Virus record (IMG/VR): IMGVR_UViG_3300023293_000085
Span: 1 to 25,756 of that record
Origin: a virus
Taxonomy: Duplodnaviria > Caudoviricetes
Reading direction: 5' to 3' (one strand)
DNA: 25,756 nt
The first letter of the stretch is position 1. Every line of letters begins with the position of its first letter. The notes below the pieces were generated by a model. That model was given only the letters and a program-made list of their open reading frames with translations, was not told where the DNA came from and did not search any database. Made by a program: the position numbers and the translations under genes. Below, in pieces: positions 24,208-25,756 of this stretch.

Positions 24208-24462
24208 TCATTTGCCGCGATTCTTTTGCTTTGTTTGTATAACTAACCTTGTTAATTCATAAACCTTAAAATCACTTTTTATAGGCTCTAAAAAAACATT
24301 CTTTTCTATTTGCACAGGTGGTCTTCCATAAACTACAATACCTTCAATTTTGTCGTCAATAATTAAACCGTAGGCAAATTGAAACATCGGCTTCCTTTTA
24401 GCATAGTGCTTTTCTAAACACCACTTCATAGCTTGTTTGTATGTTATTTCTTTTACCTCCAT
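24208..24462 (-). pseudogene. N-terminal fragment of a Mom-like (GNAT-fold) DNA adenine modification protein
   Basis: LEKHYAKRKP, AYGL, GIVVYGRPP and YELTRLVI..KN match the first half of Mom-like proteins; the expected SYAD...H.G.IYQA.N half is absent. Confidence 0.65.
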
Positions 24463-24662
24463 TAAACTTCATTAAGTAAGTAATTAACAATACAATCATA
24501 TTCACCTTGCATATTAGTATTGTAGTTATATTTTAAAAAAAGTTCTCTATGCTTTAATAATTCGGTGTATATTATATCATAAGCCAAGTCTTTATATTCT
24601 GTTTCTGTATTCTCAATATGATTCATAAACAATTGAGAAAATAAAAAATCTTCGTATTTCAT
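24462..24662 (-). CDS. Hypothetical phage protein
   Basis: 66 aa, Tyr-rich; TAATG overlap with the Mom-like ORF. Confidence 0.6.
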   Translation of the reverse strand: MKYEDFLFSQLFMNHIENTETEYKDLAYDIIYTELLKHRELFLKYNYNTNMQGEYDCIVNYLLNEV

Positions 24663-24688
24663 AATTTAGTTTTTAGTTTAATAATTCG

Positions 24689-25546
24689 TTACCCTTTTAA
24701 AAATTCATTGTAAGCTAACCACGCAAAAATTCGATTCTTTGAACTCCTTGCATTTTCCTCATTTGGAGGCCGAAATACTGGTTTAATCTTATCGCCTGTG
24801 GTACCTGCTCTCTTTTTAACTACTAATTTTCGCGCCTCGCTAACCTCAGTATCAAAAGCCAAAAGCGTACGCTCCTTTAACTTCTTAATCTCTGGCTCTT
24901 TTAAATCTATTGTCCCTTCTTTTTGAAGTTGCAGAAATTTTTGAGAGCCGAAATCATCAACCATAACCGTTGGATCTTTTTTCTTAGCTGCTTTATCTGC
25001 TTCAATCATCCCTTCAAAACTATCTTCATACTCTTTCCTGCTTTTAATATCTCGGTTTTCTTTGTCGGATTCCCATTTCAAATTTGCCTCGTAAAGTCGC
25101 TGCTTAGTGATTGCTGCATTTTGTTCGTTCATGTATCCGATAATGAAATCGTTTATTGTAGAGTAATTTACCCCCATGAAATCGCCATATTGCTTTGACA
25201 TTCCACGTTCTACAGCTAAATAAAGTTCTTTCTGCGTTAAACTTCCATACATTCCAGAGCGTATATTGCGGGTCATTTGCTTTATGTACGCTGTTTTTTG
25301 ATTCTCATAATCTTCATCTGTTTTGGCATGGCCAGAAAGACGCAGCGCAATGTCAAATATTTCCGCAAAATAAGCGCCACACAATGCAATGTTTGAGTTC
25401 AATAAGTTTTTAAGTGTATCAATATCCCTGCACATTATTATTTCCCTTTCACCTGCTGTGAGTTTTGGACTTAAATTTTTAAAATTATATCTATTTATTA
25501 CTGATATTCCCTGTTGTTTTTCCTGCTTAATTATTTCGTTGCTCAT
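24689..25546 (-). CDS. Helical protein coupled to the replication initiator (helicase-loader position)
   Basis: 285 aa; YGSLTQKELYLAVERGMSKQYGDFMGVNYSTINDFI; TAATG-coupled to the upstream gene; no Walker A motif seen. Confidence 0.5.
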   Translation of the reverse strand: MSNEIIKQEKQQGISVINRYNFKNLSPKLTAGEREIIMCRDIDTLKNLLNSNIALCGAYFAEIFDIALRLSGHAKTDEDYENQKTAYIKQMTRNIRSGMYGSLTQKELYLAVERGMSKQYGDFMGVNYSTINDFIIGYMNEQNAAITKQRLYEANLKWESDKENRDIKSRKEYEDSFEGMIEADKAAKKKDPTVMVDDFGSQKFLQLQKEGTIDLKEPEIKKLKERTLLAFDTEVSEARKLVVKKRAGTTGDKIKPVFRPPNEENARSSKNRIFAWLAYNEFLKG

Positions 25547-25755
25547 TATACGTTTTTTAAATCTTCAATAATTCGTCTGTTTATTTCTGCTCTCGATTCT
25601 GCTGTTGACTTCCCGTTAGATACTGGTTTTGCGCTCATACCGTCGTTAAAAATCGACAAATACATTATACCATCACTATTTTTTTTCCGCAATTTAAGCA
25701 AACTTTGGAAGTTTTTAGACCACCAACCTTCACGAGCCCATTTCGTTATTGCCTC
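25546..25755 (-). CDS. 3' end of a probable replication initiator (lambda O C-terminal-like); 5' part lies outside the window
   Basis: Open frame EAITKWAREGWWSKNFQSLLKLRKKNSDG...DLKNV*, resembling the W...FW..N..S..KLR motif of O-like C-terminal domains. Confidence 0.55.
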   Translation of the reverse strand, partial: EAITKWAREGWWSKNFQSLLKLRKKNSDGIMYLSIFNDGMSAKPVSNGKSTAESRAEINRRIIEDLKNV

Positions 25756-25756
25756 A

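Noticed and set aside
1419-25571. All plus-strand ORFs in the supplied track (for example 9682..9984, 15889..16128, 18440..18805)
   Set aside because: They lie antisense to well-supported minus-strand genes and have the Ser/Leu/Phe-rich composition expected of shadow frames.
1-25756. CRISPR array, integrase/att site, IS element, intron or intein, alternative genetic code
   Set aside because: No regularly spaced repeats or recombinase/transposase motifs seen; terL, portal and capsid are uninterrupted; TAA, TAG and TGA all end genes at tightly packed boundaries.

Overview
A 25.8-kb piece of a tailed dsDNA phage or prophage with siphovirus-like gene content. All credible protein genes are on the minus strand. 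Read in the direction of transcription (right to left), the window holds: the end of a replication module, a cluster of small accessory genes including a truncated Mom-like DNA-modification gene, a lipoprotein, a P22-gp3-like small terminase and a PBSX/SPP1-like large terminase. Next is a small insert (60-aa HTH-like gene, tRNA-like RNA, Zn-ribbon gene), then the HK97-type portal, protease and capsid, neck and tail genes, tape measure, tail-tip and fibre genes, and a lysis cassette. The host is inferred to be Bacteroidota from repeated TAnnTTTG -7 promoter elements and the lack of obvious Shine-Dalgarno sites. Most unusual features: (1) a 99-nt tRNA-like RNA with a non-canonical anticodon region whose acceptor stem is extended by 13 further base pairs; (2) TAnnTTTG placed exactly 4 nt before the ATG of five virion-module genes, implying leaderless transcripts; (3) two parallel HTH + Zn-ribbon mini-cassettes; (4) a spanin-like pair with no lipobox; (5) a possible plus-strand RNA or peptide at about 23.55-23.70 kb. 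All family assignments are by eye from motifs and gene order; no database search was run.
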